Both the position numbers and the translations under genes were made by a program. Below the pieces are notes generated by a model. That model was not told where the DNA came from, made no database searches, and saw nothing but the letters and a program-made list of their open reading frames with translations. Source: Candidatus Latescibacterota bacterium (lineage in GTDB: Bacteria > Latescibacterota > UBA2968 > UBA8231). Taken from it: a stretch of DNA of 64,000 bases. This document shows, piece by piece, positions 49,928-59,335 of the stretch (position 1 is the first letter of the stretch; each line of letters starts with the position of its first letter). The stretch is taken from assembly GCA_016187725.1 (NCBI GenBank), contig JACPJE010000068.1, forward strand, positions 1,049 to 65,048, given 5' to 3'.

Positions 49928-51046
49928 CTAGTTCTGCCTTACCCGCTCTTCGTAGGGCAGCGGCTCGGGAATCCCGAAGAGGTCGCGCTTGGCCTTGAGG
50001 TAATAGAGGTAGTTCTCATAGGTCACGTCGGGCGGCACCCGGTGGTCCACGTGGGGGATGCAGCCGCCCTGGCGCACCAGGGGCTCGATCCGCCGCAGTT
50101 CCCGGTCTATGGCTTCCTTGCCGGCGATCAGCGCCTTCTTGTCCACCCCGCCCAGCAGCAGCACCCGCTCGCCGTATTGGTCGCGCAGGGCGAAGGGATC
50201 GGTGCCGGCGGCGATCTCCAGGGGGAACATGCAGTTCACCCCGCCCTCCAGCCACAGGCCCACCAGCTGGCTGATGTCCCCGTCGCAGTCGGTGATCACC
50301 ACGTCCACCCCGTGCTGGTGGAGCAGGTCGGTGATCCGCTGGTAGCGGGGCACCATGTACTGCTCGAACATCGCCGGCGAGATGATGGGCCCGTGGTTGA
50401 AGCACATGTCCTCCCAGCCGGCGGCGAAATCGAAGTGCACCTGTTCCAGGGCCGGCCGGATGGTCTCGGCGATCAGCACGGTGATCTGCTCCATCACCTC
50501 CTCGAAGAGCGCCGGGTCGTCGTAAGCCATCAGCGAAACCCCCTCGAAGCCCACCCAGTTGCGGATCCAGCCGAAGAGACTGCCGATGCCGATGCCCAGG
50601 GGGTAGTCGCGCTCCTGCCAGTGGGCTTTCAGCTCCTCCCAGTTGGGCGGATAGCGGCCCACCATCCCCGGGTCCAGCCGGCGGCGGAATTCCTTCCAGG
50701 TCTGCCGGTCGCGCAGGGGGAACTCCAGGTACTTGGGGATGGAGGAGTGCCCGTCCCTGGCGACGATGCACTTGACCCCGTTGCCGTCCAGGACGATCTG
50801 GTGCTGCCTGGTCTCCTCCAGCACCTGGTGCTGGAAGCCGGGCAGCAGCCCGGAGTTGACCGGGGCTCCCGAGCGGGGGGCGAAGCCGAAGAAATGGTCG
50901 GCCTTGGCGTTGTCATTGACCCAGGCCGGCAGCCCCTGGGCGTGCCACAGGTCGAGGGTGTCGCTCCAGTACCCGAACTCCTCGTCTGGCACGTGGTCTG
51001 CGGGCCGAAAATGCATGGTGTCATTCCACCGCTGGCGATGGTCCAT
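49928..51046 (-). CDS. Uroporphyrinogen decarboxylase-fold (MtaA/CmuA-like) protein
   Basis: 'WEDMCFNHGPIISP', 'DCDGD', 'GGVDK', 'PHVDHRVPPDV..ENY'. Confidence 0.85.
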   Translation of the reverse strand: MDHRQRWNDTMHFRPADHVPDEEFGYWSDTLDLWHAQGLPAWVNDNAKADHFFGFAPRSGAPVNSGLLPGFQHQVLEETRQHQIVLDGNGVKCIVARDGHSSIPKYLEFPLRDRQTWKEFRRRLDPGMVGRYPPNWEELKAHWQERDYPLGIGIGSLFGWIRNWVGFEGVSLMAYDDPALFEEVMEQITVLIAETIRPALEQVHFDFAAGWEDMCFNHGPIISPAMFEQYMVPRYQRITDLLHQHGVDVVITDCDGDISQLVGLWLEGGVNCMFPLEIAAGTDPFALRDQYGERVLLLGGVDKKALIAGKEAIDRELRRIEPLVRQGGCIPHVDHRVPPDVTYENYLYYLKAKRDLFGIPEPLPYEERVRQN

Positions 51047-51066
51047 GGCAGGGCTCCTCTCCTTCC

Positions 51067-52203
51067 TCACTTTATGCGCGCTGGATCGATGGGATAATCC
51101 CCCCACGCCTCCACCATCTCCCCGATACGCTCCAGCCGGCTCAGCAGCGCCCCGGGCATGACGTTGTCGGCCACCCCCAGGATGAAGGCGTCGCCCGGGG
51201 CGACGGTGCGGAAGATGCCGCGCATGTACGCCTCGAACTGGTCTTCGCTGTAGGCTTCCTCCAGGATCACCGAGGGCACCGCCCCCCAGATGATCATGTC
51301 GGCGCCCCAGAAGCGGCGCGCCTCCTCCAGCGTGCAGGTCACCTGCGGGGCGGTGGTGAAGGTCTCGACCATGTCGAAACCGGCCTCCTGCAAATGCCTC
51401 AGGATCAGCCGCGAGTCGTTGTCGGCGTGCATGCACAGGAGCTTGTCGTGCCCGTGCAGCAATTCGGAGAAATCCTGGTAATACGGGGTGATGTAGCGGC
51501 TGAAAAGCGGCGGCGGGGTGAGGTTGGAATCCAAGTGGACCCCGTGCAGGATCAGGCGGGCCGGCGAGGCGGCCACCACCGGCCAGACCCGCTCGCGTTC
51601 CAGCTCCTCCATGGTGCGCAACAGCCGCTCCGTTTCGCCGGGACAGTCGGCCAGCAGATAATAGGCGTTGTTGTACCCGGCCAGTTTTTGCAAGAAATGG
51701 TGGAGGGGGCAGTCGCCGGCCGCCACCAGGGGATAGCCGTCCTCGCCGATCTGGGCCTCGTACTGGAGGTACTTCTCGTAGGTGGGGATGTAGTGGGTGT
51801 GCTCGAACAGGTATTCGACCACGGCGAAGTCGGCGGGACCCTTGATCAGGTGCTCCACCTCCAGGCTCTGGATGCCCACCCGTTCCAGTTCGGCTGAAGA
51901 GCGGTACCGGCTCTCCACCTGGCCCATTGGGGTCCGGTAGGTGTACAGGGTGGACTCGCCCTCCTGGCGGCTGTGCACCTCCACGTCCCCCCGCTGCTCG
52001 CCGGCGAAGATCTGCCCTTCGCGCGCTGGCGTTCCCATGCCCAACTGGTGTTCGATCTGGCGCAGGGACATGCCGGCAAAGCGCTTGGGCAGGGTGTGCT
52101 GGCACTGGTGGGCGGTGTGCCAGAGTTGCAGCCGGGGTATCCAGGGGATACGGTCCGGGCTCTTGCGGTCCATGATGGCCAGCAGTCGCTCCCGGTCGGT
52201 CAT
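51067..52203 (-). CDS. UROD-fold protein
   Basis: 'MTDRERLLA...PDRIPW', 'MHADND', 'IWGAVPS', 'FILGVADNV'. Confidence 0.8.
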   Translation of the reverse strand: MTDRERLLAIMDRKSPDRIPWIPRLQLWHTAHQCQHTLPKRFAGMSLRQIEHQLGMGTPAREGQIFAGEQRGDVEVHSRQEGESTLYTYRTPMGQVESRYRSSAELERVGIQSLEVEHLIKGPADFAVVEYLFEHTHYIPTYEKYLQYEAQIGEDGYPLVAAGDCPLHHFLQKLAGYNNAYYLLADCPGETERLLRTMEELERERVWPVVAASPARLILHGVHLDSNLTPPPLFSRYITPYYQDFSELLHGHDKLLCMHADNDSRLILRHLQEAGFDMVETFTTAPQVTCTLEEARRFWGADMIIWGAVPSVILEEAYSEDQFEAYMRGIFRTVAPGDAFILGVADNVMPGALLSRLERIGEMVEAWGDYPIDPARIK

Positions 52204-52216
52204 CGGTGCCCTCCCT

Positions 52217-54736
52217 TCAGTGGGCAGGCCTGCCCAGGTCCAAGGCTTCGGCGCGCAGGCCCAGCACCTCGTTGCGCCACGAGGAAGAGTGCTGCAGCGC
52301 GGGGTCCTTGGGGAACTGGATGGGGTAGAGGTCATTGAGCCGACCAGTGCGCAGCGCGGTCTCGACCACCTGGTTCCAGTAGCAGCGCCGTTCCGGGTGC
52401 ACCTCGCAGTTGCCGCCCAGGTCGGCCCCGCCGCAGGGACCGTTGAGCTGGTGCTTGGCGCAGCCGGCAGTGGGCTCGGGGCAGCGGTAGAAAAGGTCGG
52501 CAATGCGGCAATCCCCGCACATCTCGCAGCCCAGGGTGGCGCTCTTGACCGCCTGTTCGGCCTGGGTGAGCAGGCGTAGCCTCAGCGAGTCGGCCGGCCC
52601 GGAGACCAGCCCCTCCAGCAGCGGGTACAGACCGCGGTCCTTGCGGAAGAAGAGTTTATGCACCAGGTCCATGCCAGTACTGCTTTCCTGGTACCCGTGG
52701 CGCTGGGCCTGCTGGTAGGGCCCTTCCTTCAGGAGGCCGTCTTCGCCTTCGGGGAAGAGGTAGAAGGCCTTTTCCGGGGCCAGGCGCATGGGGCCCTGCT
52801 CGTCGCCGGCGCTGAACTCCTCTAGGCTCTCCCGCCAGGGGCGGCCCTCCAGTTGGCGGATGGTCTCCAACACCTCCAGGGCGTCGGCCATCTGGGTGAA
52901 GCCGGCCAGATCCACCCCCCGGTACCCCAGGCCCCGCACCAGCAGGTCGGCCAGGAGCGCGGCCCGGCGGATGGAGAAGGCGCGCTGGTACTCGGCCAGG
53001 TCGCCAAAGCCCAGCTTCTGCACCCGGGAGCGCTCCTTCTTGGACAGCAGCCGGCTCTGGTATTTCTTTTTCAGATCCTCGGGGATCACCACCCCGGCCA
53101 CGTGCGCATGGCTGAGGATTCTGAGGAACTGCGGGGTGAGGTAGTAGGCCATGCCGATCAGCGGCACCGGCTCCATGCCAGAGGTCTTGAGATAGAGTTG
53201 CAACTCGTGGAATTTCTTGGGGTCATAGCCCAGCTGGGTGATGAAGTACGCGGCGCCGGCCTGGCGCTTCTTCCACAGCTTGAGGTACTGGCCCCACAGG
53301 TCGGGCTCCTCGTACTTGAAGGGCGAGACGGCCGCCCCGGCGCACAGCCCTTCGAGCCCCCCCCCGGAGCGGGGCATCAGGGAGGGGAAATCCAGGCCGC
53401 GGCGCAGGCACTGCAGGGCCATCAGCAAGGTCACGGCGTCGAGGTCGAAGTTGGCCCGCCCCTCGAAGGAGTAGTCGCCGGTGACGGCGAAGAAATGGCG
53501 CAGCCCCTGGCGGTACATGCCAATGGCCCGCTGGGCCAGGCCCACCCGGTCGGAACTCTTGCAGGAGAGATTGACGATGGGCTGCCGGTCCATGATCCGC
53601 CCCACCTCCAGCCCGATGGTGTCCGGGCCGGGCACCCGGTGCCCGCCGGGGGTGTCGGTGATACTAAAAGTAAAGGGGGTGTTGCGGGCCTCTTCGGCCA
53701 GCTCCAGGATCTGGTCCACCCCGTCCTCAGAGGGGGCCATCTCCAGGAGGTAGATGGGCGGCCCGGAGGGGTCGGCCAGGGCCTTGCCGAAGAGGTCGGG
53801 CAGCGGCTTGCGCCGGGCCGGGGCCGGGGACCGGGGATTGCCCTGGGCAAAGTCCACCAGCAGGGAGAGGGCATCGGCCTCCTGGTCCTCGACGATGCGG
53901 CGGATCAGCGCCAGAATCTTGCTGTCTGCCTTGTCCTCCCCACTCATCTGCACCGCGTCGAGGATGGCCGCGTCCACCCCGTATTCCATGGCCAGGTTCA
54001 GGTAGGCGCGGTTGATGGCCAGGCGCCGGGGCAGGCCGTCGGAGCAGTTGGAGAGGCCCAGGCACACGTGCACCCCGGCCATCTGGGCGTCGGCGCGGAT
54101 GGCGCGGATGCCCTCGAAGGTGCGGCGGGTGTAGCCCACCACGTCGGCGCCCAGGGGCCCCACCGTGGGGTCGAAGAAGATCTCGTCCGCGGCAAAACCG
54201 GCGGCCACTGCCTTGTCGAAGAGATAGCGGGCGGTCTCGTGGTAGACCTCGGGGCCGGCGATGTCGGTGAAGCCGGTCTGGTCCCCCACCCTTTCGAGGA
54301 GCATACACACTGCCGAGAAGGGCAGCTGCCGGCGCATGCCCAGCACCTCCAGGCGGGTGGCGGTCACCGAGTTGACCAGGGGTTTGGCGCGGCCCCCGGT
54401 GAGCTTGTGGTAGAAGATCAGGCCGTGCTCCAGCACCTGGGGATCGGAGCTGTCGATACAGGGGGGAATGCCCCGGCCGTGCCGCTCGATGAGGGTGAGG
54501 ATGTGTTCCATCAGCCGCAGGGCGTTCTGGCGGCCAAGGCCGGTGTCGATGAGGAAGTCGTCGACGTTGACGTCGAGGTAGTTGGCTCCGGCCCCGGCCT
54601 GGGCCCCCACCAGCTCGAGCAGGTGGCGCTCGCCGGCCTCGCGGTCCAGCGCGTCTCCCTGCAGCCAGCGCCGGCCCGAGGCGCGCACCGTGGGGATGTG
54701 GCAGTGAAGGGCTTCGCCGATGCGGATCAGTGCCAT
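52217..54736 (-). CDS. Fusion of pterin-binding methyltransferase domain (AcsE/MetH-like), MTHFR (MetF-like) and Cys-rich MetV-like domain
   Basis: 'IGE..GANYLDVN..IDSSDP..VNS..FFDP..GLSN..G.DAAI'; then 'TGDY..DLDAV..K..AGAAYFITQ'; then 'GCEMCGDC...CP...C.K..LNGPCGG...G.CEV....C.W'. Confidence 0.82.
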   Translation of the reverse strand: MALIRIGEALHCHIPTVRASGRRWLQGDALDREAGERHLLELVGAQAGAGANYLDVNVDDFLIDTGLGRQNALRLMEHILTLIERHGRGIPPCIDSSDPQVLEHGLIFYHKLTGGRAKPLVNSVTATRLEVLGMRRQLPFSAVCMLLERVGDQTGFTDIAGPEVYHETARYLFDKAVAAGFAADEIFFDPTVGPLGADVVGYTRRTFEGIRAIRADAQMAGVHVCLGLSNCSDGLPRRLAINRAYLNLAMEYGVDAAILDAVQMSGEDKADSKILALIRRIVEDQEADALSLLVDFAQGNPRSPAPARRKPLPDLFGKALADPSGPPIYLLEMAPSEDGVDQILELAEEARNTPFTFSITDTPGGHRVPGPDTIGLEVGRIMDRQPIVNLSCKSSDRVGLAQRAIGMYRQGLRHFFAVTGDYSFEGRANFDLDAVTLLMALQCLRRGLDFPSLMPRSGGGLEGLCAGAAVSPFKYEEPDLWGQYLKLWKKRQAGAAYFITQLGYDPKKFHELQLYLKTSGMEPVPLIGMAYYLTPQFLRILSHAHVAGVVIPEDLKKKYQSRLLSKKERSRVQKLGFGDLAEYQRAFSIRRAALLADLLVRGLGYRGVDLAGFTQMADALEVLETIRQLEGRPWRESLEEFSAGDEQGPMRLAPEKAFYLFPEGEDGLLKEGPYQQAQRHGYQESSTGMDLVHKLFFRKDRGLYPLLEGLVSGPADSLRLRLLTQAEQAVKSATLGCEMCGDCRIADLFYRCPEPTAGCAKHQLNGPCGGADLGGNCEVHPERRCYWNQVVETALRTGRLNDLYPIQFPKDPALQHSSSWRNEVLGLRAEALDLGRPAH

Positions 54737-54751
54737 GGAGGGCCTCTCTTT

Positions 54752-56569
54752 CTAACCGTTGAACAACATGGACTCGGCGAAGCGCATCTGGAAATCCGGG
54801 GTGCCGGCCAGTTGGAGGTGTTCGGCCTGCCGGGCGGCCAGCGTCCCTCGCTGGCGCAGGGCTCTGGAGACCAGGGCCAGGCGCGCGCCCACCAGGGCGC
54901 CGTTGCCCACAAAGCGGATTTTTTCTGGGTTTACCGCCGGCAGCAGGCCCAGGCGCAGGGCGCTGTGCTCGTCGAGGTAGTTGCCAAAGCCCCCGGCCAG
55001 GCAGAACTCGTCCAGGTCCCCAGGGGTCAGACCGGTCTTCTCCAGCAGGAAATCGATGGCCGTGCGGATGGAGCCCTTGGCCAGCTGCAATTCGCGGATG
55101 TCGCGCTGGGTCAGGGCCAGGGGCGGCTCCCCCTCCCTCCAGGCCAGCACAAAGGCGCGGTCTTCTTCCTGTTCGATCAGCCGCTCCTTCCAGACCTGGG
55201 CTTCCACCTCCTCGGGGTCCAGCAGGCGCCCGGTCTCGTCGACGATCCCGTGGCGCACCAGCTCCGCTCCCGCGTCCAGCAATCCCGAGCCGCACAGGCC
55301 GCGCGGCGGCCCCCCGCCGATCACCTTGAGTTTGACGTTCCCGTCCAGGTGCACCTCCTCGATGGCGCCGGGGGCGGCGTACATGCCGCAGGCGATGCGC
55401 GCCCCCTCGAAGGCGGGCCCCGCCGGGGTGGAGGTCACCAGCAGGCGCCTGCCGTAGCGCAGGGCCAATTCGCAGTTGGTGCCGATGTCGGCCACCAGGC
55501 GGATGCGGCCCTCGTCCTCGTCCAGGCCGGTAGCCAGGATGGCCCCCACGGTGTCGGCGCCCACGAAGCCGGCGATCTCGGGCAATATGTAGAGCCAGGC
55601 CGCCGGGTTGAGCGCCAGGCCGGCCTGGCGGGCCGGCATCTCCAGGGCGTCGCCGAAGATGGCCACGTAGGGCAGGTGGCCCAGTGACAGGGGCGAGATG
55701 CCCAGGAAGAGGTGCATCATGGTGGAATTGCCCACCAGGGTGGCTTCGTACACCTCGGCGTGCTGCACCCCGGCTTTTTCCAGAGCCAGACCGATCACCT
55801 CCTGGAGGCTGGCCACTGCTGCCTGGCGCAGCTCTTCCAGTTGCGCTTCCCCTGCGAGGGTGTGGTTGATGCGGGCGATCACGTCGTGGCCATAGGCGGT
55901 CTGTTTGTTGACCACCGCGGCATGGCCCACCTCGCGGCCACTGACCAGGTCCACCAGCGAGGCCACCACCGTGGTGGTGCCCAGGTCCAGGGCCACGCCG
56001 AAGCAGCGCCCGGAGGTGTCCCCCCGCTCCAGGCCGAGCAGGCGGTCCTCGCGCAGCACCGCGGTGAAGGTCCCCCCCTCCCCGTCGAGCAGGGAGGGCA
56101 GCCGGCGCAGGAGATCCAGGTCGGCCCGCAGGTCAGCCCGCAGCTCCCCCGACCAGCGCAGGTGTTCCAGCCGCGCCCAGGGCTGGTGCAGTTTCTGGGG
56201 CTCCAGGTGGACGACCTGCTTGGTCACCGCCGGGTCGATGGCCACCGGGCGGCTCACCCCGCCGGGCAGGATGCGCATGGCCGGCCGCCGCGACGAGGCG
56301 GGGATCTCCACCCGCAGGGACCCGGCGACCCGCACCCGGCAGGAGAGGCGCAGCCCCTGGTCCAGCTCTTCGGGGGTGAGCAGGGCGTTCTCCTCGGGCA
56401 GGGGCGGTGCGGCTCCCTCCTCGATGCGCACCCGGCACTTGCCGCAGGTGCCCTCCCCCCCACAGGGGGCCAGCACCTCGGCACCCAGGCGGGCCAGGGC
56501 CTCGCGCAGGGGCAGGCCCTCGGGCACTTCGGCGCTCTGGCCTTCGGGAAGGAGGGTCAGGATGCTCAT
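54752..56569 (-). CDS. Corrinoid reductive activator (RACo/RamA-like, ASKHA DUF4445) with [2Fe-2S] domain
   Basis: 'CGGEGTCGKC', 'RLSC', 'DLGTTT', 'DIGTN', 'AGPAFEG', 'LAGGFG'. Confidence 0.92.
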   Translation of the reverse strand: MSILTLLPEGQSAEVPEGLPLREALARLGAEVLAPCGGEGTCGKCRVRIEEGAAPPLPEENALLTPEELDQGLRLSCRVRVAGSLRVEIPASSRRPAMRILPGGVSRPVAIDPAVTKQVVHLEPQKLHQPWARLEHLRWSGELRADLRADLDLLRRLPSLLDGEGGTFTAVLREDRLLGLERGDTSGRCFGVALDLGTTTVVASLVDLVSGREVGHAAVVNKQTAYGHDVIARINHTLAGEAQLEELRQAAVASLQEVIGLALEKAGVQHAEVYEATLVGNSTMMHLFLGISPLSLGHLPYVAIFGDALEMPARQAGLALNPAAWLYILPEIAGFVGADTVGAILATGLDEDEGRIRLVADIGTNCELALRYGRRLLVTSTPAGPAFEGARIACGMYAAPGAIEEVHLDGNVKLKVIGGGPPRGLCGSGLLDAGAELVRHGIVDETGRLLDPEEVEAQVWKERLIEQEEDRAFVLAWREGEPPLALTQRDIRELQLAKGSIRTAIDFLLEKTGLTPGDLDEFCLAGGFGNYLDEHSALRLGLLPAVNPEKIRFVGNGALVGARLALVSRALRQRGTLAARQAEHLQLAGTPDFQMRFAESMLFNG

Positions 56570-57309
56570 CGGGGCAACTCGATCTGGATGATGTCCTCGC
56601 CGTAGCTGGGAGCGATGCGCTCCCCCGGCTGGGCGGTCAGGAAGTCCTCGGCGGACCAGGGGCCGTCGAGCCAGGCCTGCAGCAGACTCAGATCCCCCTC
56701 CACCTCGGCGTACTCCCAGTTGCGTTCCTGGCAGAGCTTCTCAGCCTGCCCCTTGGCGGGCAGGTGGCGGGTGAAGGGGAAGTCGATGAACACCCCGCGG
56801 CTATAGTGCTGGGTCCAGCCGTCCATCACCTCTATCAGGTACCGGGCGTTTTCCTCGCCGTATTCGGCCACCATCTCCTCATAGCTGCGCTGCTTGCCCA
56901 GGCCGGCCCCCTGCCGGCGCTCGGGCCGCTCCCCGCCCCGCTGGCGGTGCTCCAGCCAGCCGGCGGTATAGTAGTAAGTGCCCGAGTGCTCCAGGAAGTA
57001 TTCCTTGTACCGCTCCTTGGAGCCCAGGAAGAAGGTGATGCAGTCGTGGGCGCGCGGGATGACCAGCCGGGTGTGGCGGGCCTCTAGTCCCTTGAGCATG
57101 TTGTTGCACAGGCCGTAGCCCAGCAGGATGCCGTCGAAGCGGCCTTCCTCCACCGCGTCGATGCGTTCCTGGATGCGGTGGAGGCCCACCTCGGGATTGT
57201 CGTGGTACCCCTGGCTGAGAAAATCCAGGTCGAACTGGTTGGGGGAGCGGGCGGCGCAGGCGCAGATCTCGCGGAAGGCGACCTCGCAGGTGATGACTTT
57301 CAGAAACAT
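56566..57309 (-). CDS. DUF1638 family protein
   Basis: 'KVITCEV', 'GYHDNP', 'LGYGLC', 'IPRAHDCITFFLGS', 'GTYYYTAGW'. Confidence 0.85.
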   Translation of the reverse strand: MFLKVITCEVAFREICACAARSPNQFDLDFLSQGYHDNPEVGLHRIQERIDAVEEGRFDGILLGYGLCNNMLKGLEARHTRLVIPRAHDCITFFLGSKERYKEYFLEHSGTYYYTAGWLEHRQRGGERPERRQGAGLGKQRSYEEMVAEYGEENARYLIEVMDGWTQHYSRGVFIDFPFTRHLPAKGQAEKLCQERNWEYAEVEGDLSLLQAWLDGPWSAEDFLTAQPGERIAPSYGEDIIQIELPR

Positions 57310-58469
57310 AACCCGCGTCCGAATTCCCTGACCGTATCGTACATGGCCCACAGCTGCTCCAGGCCCACGTCCGGGGGCAGGTTATTGCCTTCGCGCAGGA
57401 TGAAGCGACCCCCCTGCGAGATGCCGCTCTTCAGGATGCGCACCACCTCCTCCCGCACCTGGGCCGGGGTGGCCCCCTGCAAAAACATCACCGAGGGCCC
57501 GCCACGGACCTCCACCTCGGGGCCCAGGGCCTGGCGCACCCAGGAAAAATCGATGGGGAAACCGGTGTCGAAGGAGCGGATACTGAGTTCGTCGCGCAGG
57601 AAGGGGAAGAAGCGGGTGGCGTCGCCGCACAGGTGGATGGCATTGGCCCCCGGTTCGGATAATCCCTCGATGAGCTGGCGGTGGAAGGGCAGCACCTGCT
57701 CGGTGTACCTCTCGATGGAGAGGGACTGGATGGCGTCGTCGGCAAAGCCACATCCATTGGTTTTCTGCGGCTGGCCCAGGCGCTGGCGGTAGGCGCGGAT
57801 GCGGGAGAGGGTGGCCTCGGTGATATAGGCCAGCAGTTGGCGGGCATACTCGGGGTCAGCGGCCAGGTCGGTGAGGAACTCGGCGGCCCCGCGCAGGTTG
57901 CAGGCCACGGTCACCGGGCCGTCGGTGCCCAGGCCAGCGGGCAGCACCCGGGCGATGGGCTTGCCCAGGTAGGTGAAACCCTCTTCCTGCCGGCGTTTGA
58001 AGTATTCGCAGAAGGCCCAGTTGCGCTCCATCAGGCCGCCGCTGAAGGGGTCGGGAATGCCCTTTTTTAGCAGCGACCACTTGCGGCGCTCGTCCTGGAG
58101 CAGGGGCTGGGTGTCGGGCACTTCGCCATCGAAATAGTGCAGCGGGCAGCCGAACCAGCCCGCCTCGTAGGAGTTGAGGAAGTCGACGTAGACCTCCCAG
58201 CCCTTTTCCGGCAGCCCCATCTCCGCGTCCTGGGGCACGTGTCGGCGCACCCAGGCCTGGTGCTCCAGCTGCCGGGTGAGCATGCTCTCCGGATCGCCGA
58301 AGTACTGGGCGAAGCTGAGGCCGCGCGGGTTGGCCGGGTGGCCGAAGGCCGTGTACCGGGGATTGATGCCCAGGATCATGGGCACCCGCAGGGGCTCACC
58401 CCGGTGGTAGGCATCCCACACCTGGCGGACCTCGGCGTTGTGGCGCTCGTAGTCGATCTCGGCCCGCAT
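57300..58469 (-). CDS. UROD-fold (MtaA-like) methyltransferase family protein
   Basis: 'GPVTVACNLRG', 'ADD', 'IHLCG' (HxC), 'FILREGNN'. Confidence 0.85.
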   Translation of the reverse strand: MRAEIDYERHNAEVRQVWDAYHRGEPLRVPMILGINPRYTAFGHPANPRGLSFAQYFGDPESMLTRQLEHQAWVRRHVPQDAEMGLPEKGWEVYVDFLNSYEAGWFGCPLHYFDGEVPDTQPLLQDERRKWSLLKKGIPDPFSGGLMERNWAFCEYFKRRQEEGFTYLGKPIARVLPAGLGTDGPVTVACNLRGAAEFLTDLAADPEYARQLLAYITEATLSRIRAYRQRLGQPQKTNGCGFADDAIQSLSIERYTEQVLPFHRQLIEGLSEPGANAIHLCGDATRFFPFLRDELSIRSFDTGFPIDFSWVRQALGPEVEVRGGPSVMFLQGATPAQVREEVVRILKSGISQGGRFILREGNNLPPDVGLEQLWAMYDTVREFGRGLCF

Positions 58470-58495
58470 AGGTTCCCCCGTCCGCCGCGCCGCGG

Positions 58496-59137
58496 CTAGT
58501 TCAGGCTGTCGACCAGCTCCTTGGCTTTCTCCACGGCAGTGGCCGCGTCTGGCGCATAGCCGTTGGCCCCGATCTGGTCGGCATAGGTCTGGGTCACCGG
58601 CGCCCCGCCGATCAGGGTGCGGACCTGGCCCGTGATTCCTGCCTCCTTGAGGGCTTCCACGGTGGTCTTCATCCCCGACATGGTGGTGGTCAAGAGGGCC
58701 GACATGCAGACGATCTGGGCGCCCTGGGTTTTGACCGCCTCGATGAAGCGGTTGGGCGGCACGTCGATCCCTAAGTCGATGACCTCGAAACCGGCCCCTT
58801 CCAGCATCATGGCCACCAGGTTCTTGCCGATATCGTGCAGGTCGCCCTTCACGGTGCCGATGCAGGCCCTGCCCAGGGGCTCGACCTTCTCTTCGATCAA
58901 CCTGGGCCGGATCAGCTCCATCCCCTTCTTCATCGCCCGGGCGGCGATGAGCACCTCGGGGACGTAGAACTTGTTGTTCTTGAAGTAGTCGCCCACCACG
59001 TTCATGCCGGCGATCAGGCCCTCGTGCAGGATCTGGCGCACCGGCACCTTCTCTTGCAGGGCCTGGCGCACCAGTTCTTCGACCTTGGCCGCCTGTCCCT
59101 TGATCACGTTCTGGGCGATCCCCTGTAGATCTGCCAT
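58496..59137 (-). CDS. Corrinoid (B12-binding) methyl-carrier protein, MtaC-like
   Basis: 'GTVKGDLHDIGKNLV' (DxHxxG), 'SALLTTT', 'GGAPV'; AAGGAGG RBS. Confidence 0.95.
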   Translation of the reverse strand: MADLQGIAQNVIKGQAAKVEELVRQALQEKVPVRQILHEGLIAGMNVVGDYFKNNKFYVPEVLIAARAMKKGMELIRPRLIEEKVEPLGRACIGTVKGDLHDIGKNLVAMMLEGAGFEVIDLGIDVPPNRFIEAVKTQGAQIVCMSALLTTTMSGMKTTVEALKEAGITGQVRTLIGGAPVTQTYADQIGANGYAPDAATAVEKAKELVDSLN

Positions 59138-59200
59138 GTCTTTCCTCCTTGAGGTGTGAGCCGGCCCTGCACAGGCAGGGTATGGCCGTCTTAGGTATGT

Positions 59201-59215
59201 GCAATCGCTATGCCA
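59201..59215 (-). promoter_or_regulatory. sigma54 -24/-12 promoter
   Basis: TGGCATA-GCGA-TTGC upstream of the corrinoid protein gene. Confidence 0.65.
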
Positions 59216-59335
59216 GGACTGCGCGGCGCCCCAGAATATAGGTACAACCCCTGTTCTGGAGCACTTTTGCCTCCATGAGGGGCGCAGGTGTCTCAAAAAT
59301 CCCCACATCCTGGGGCATCCTGGTCCCATTCCGGG

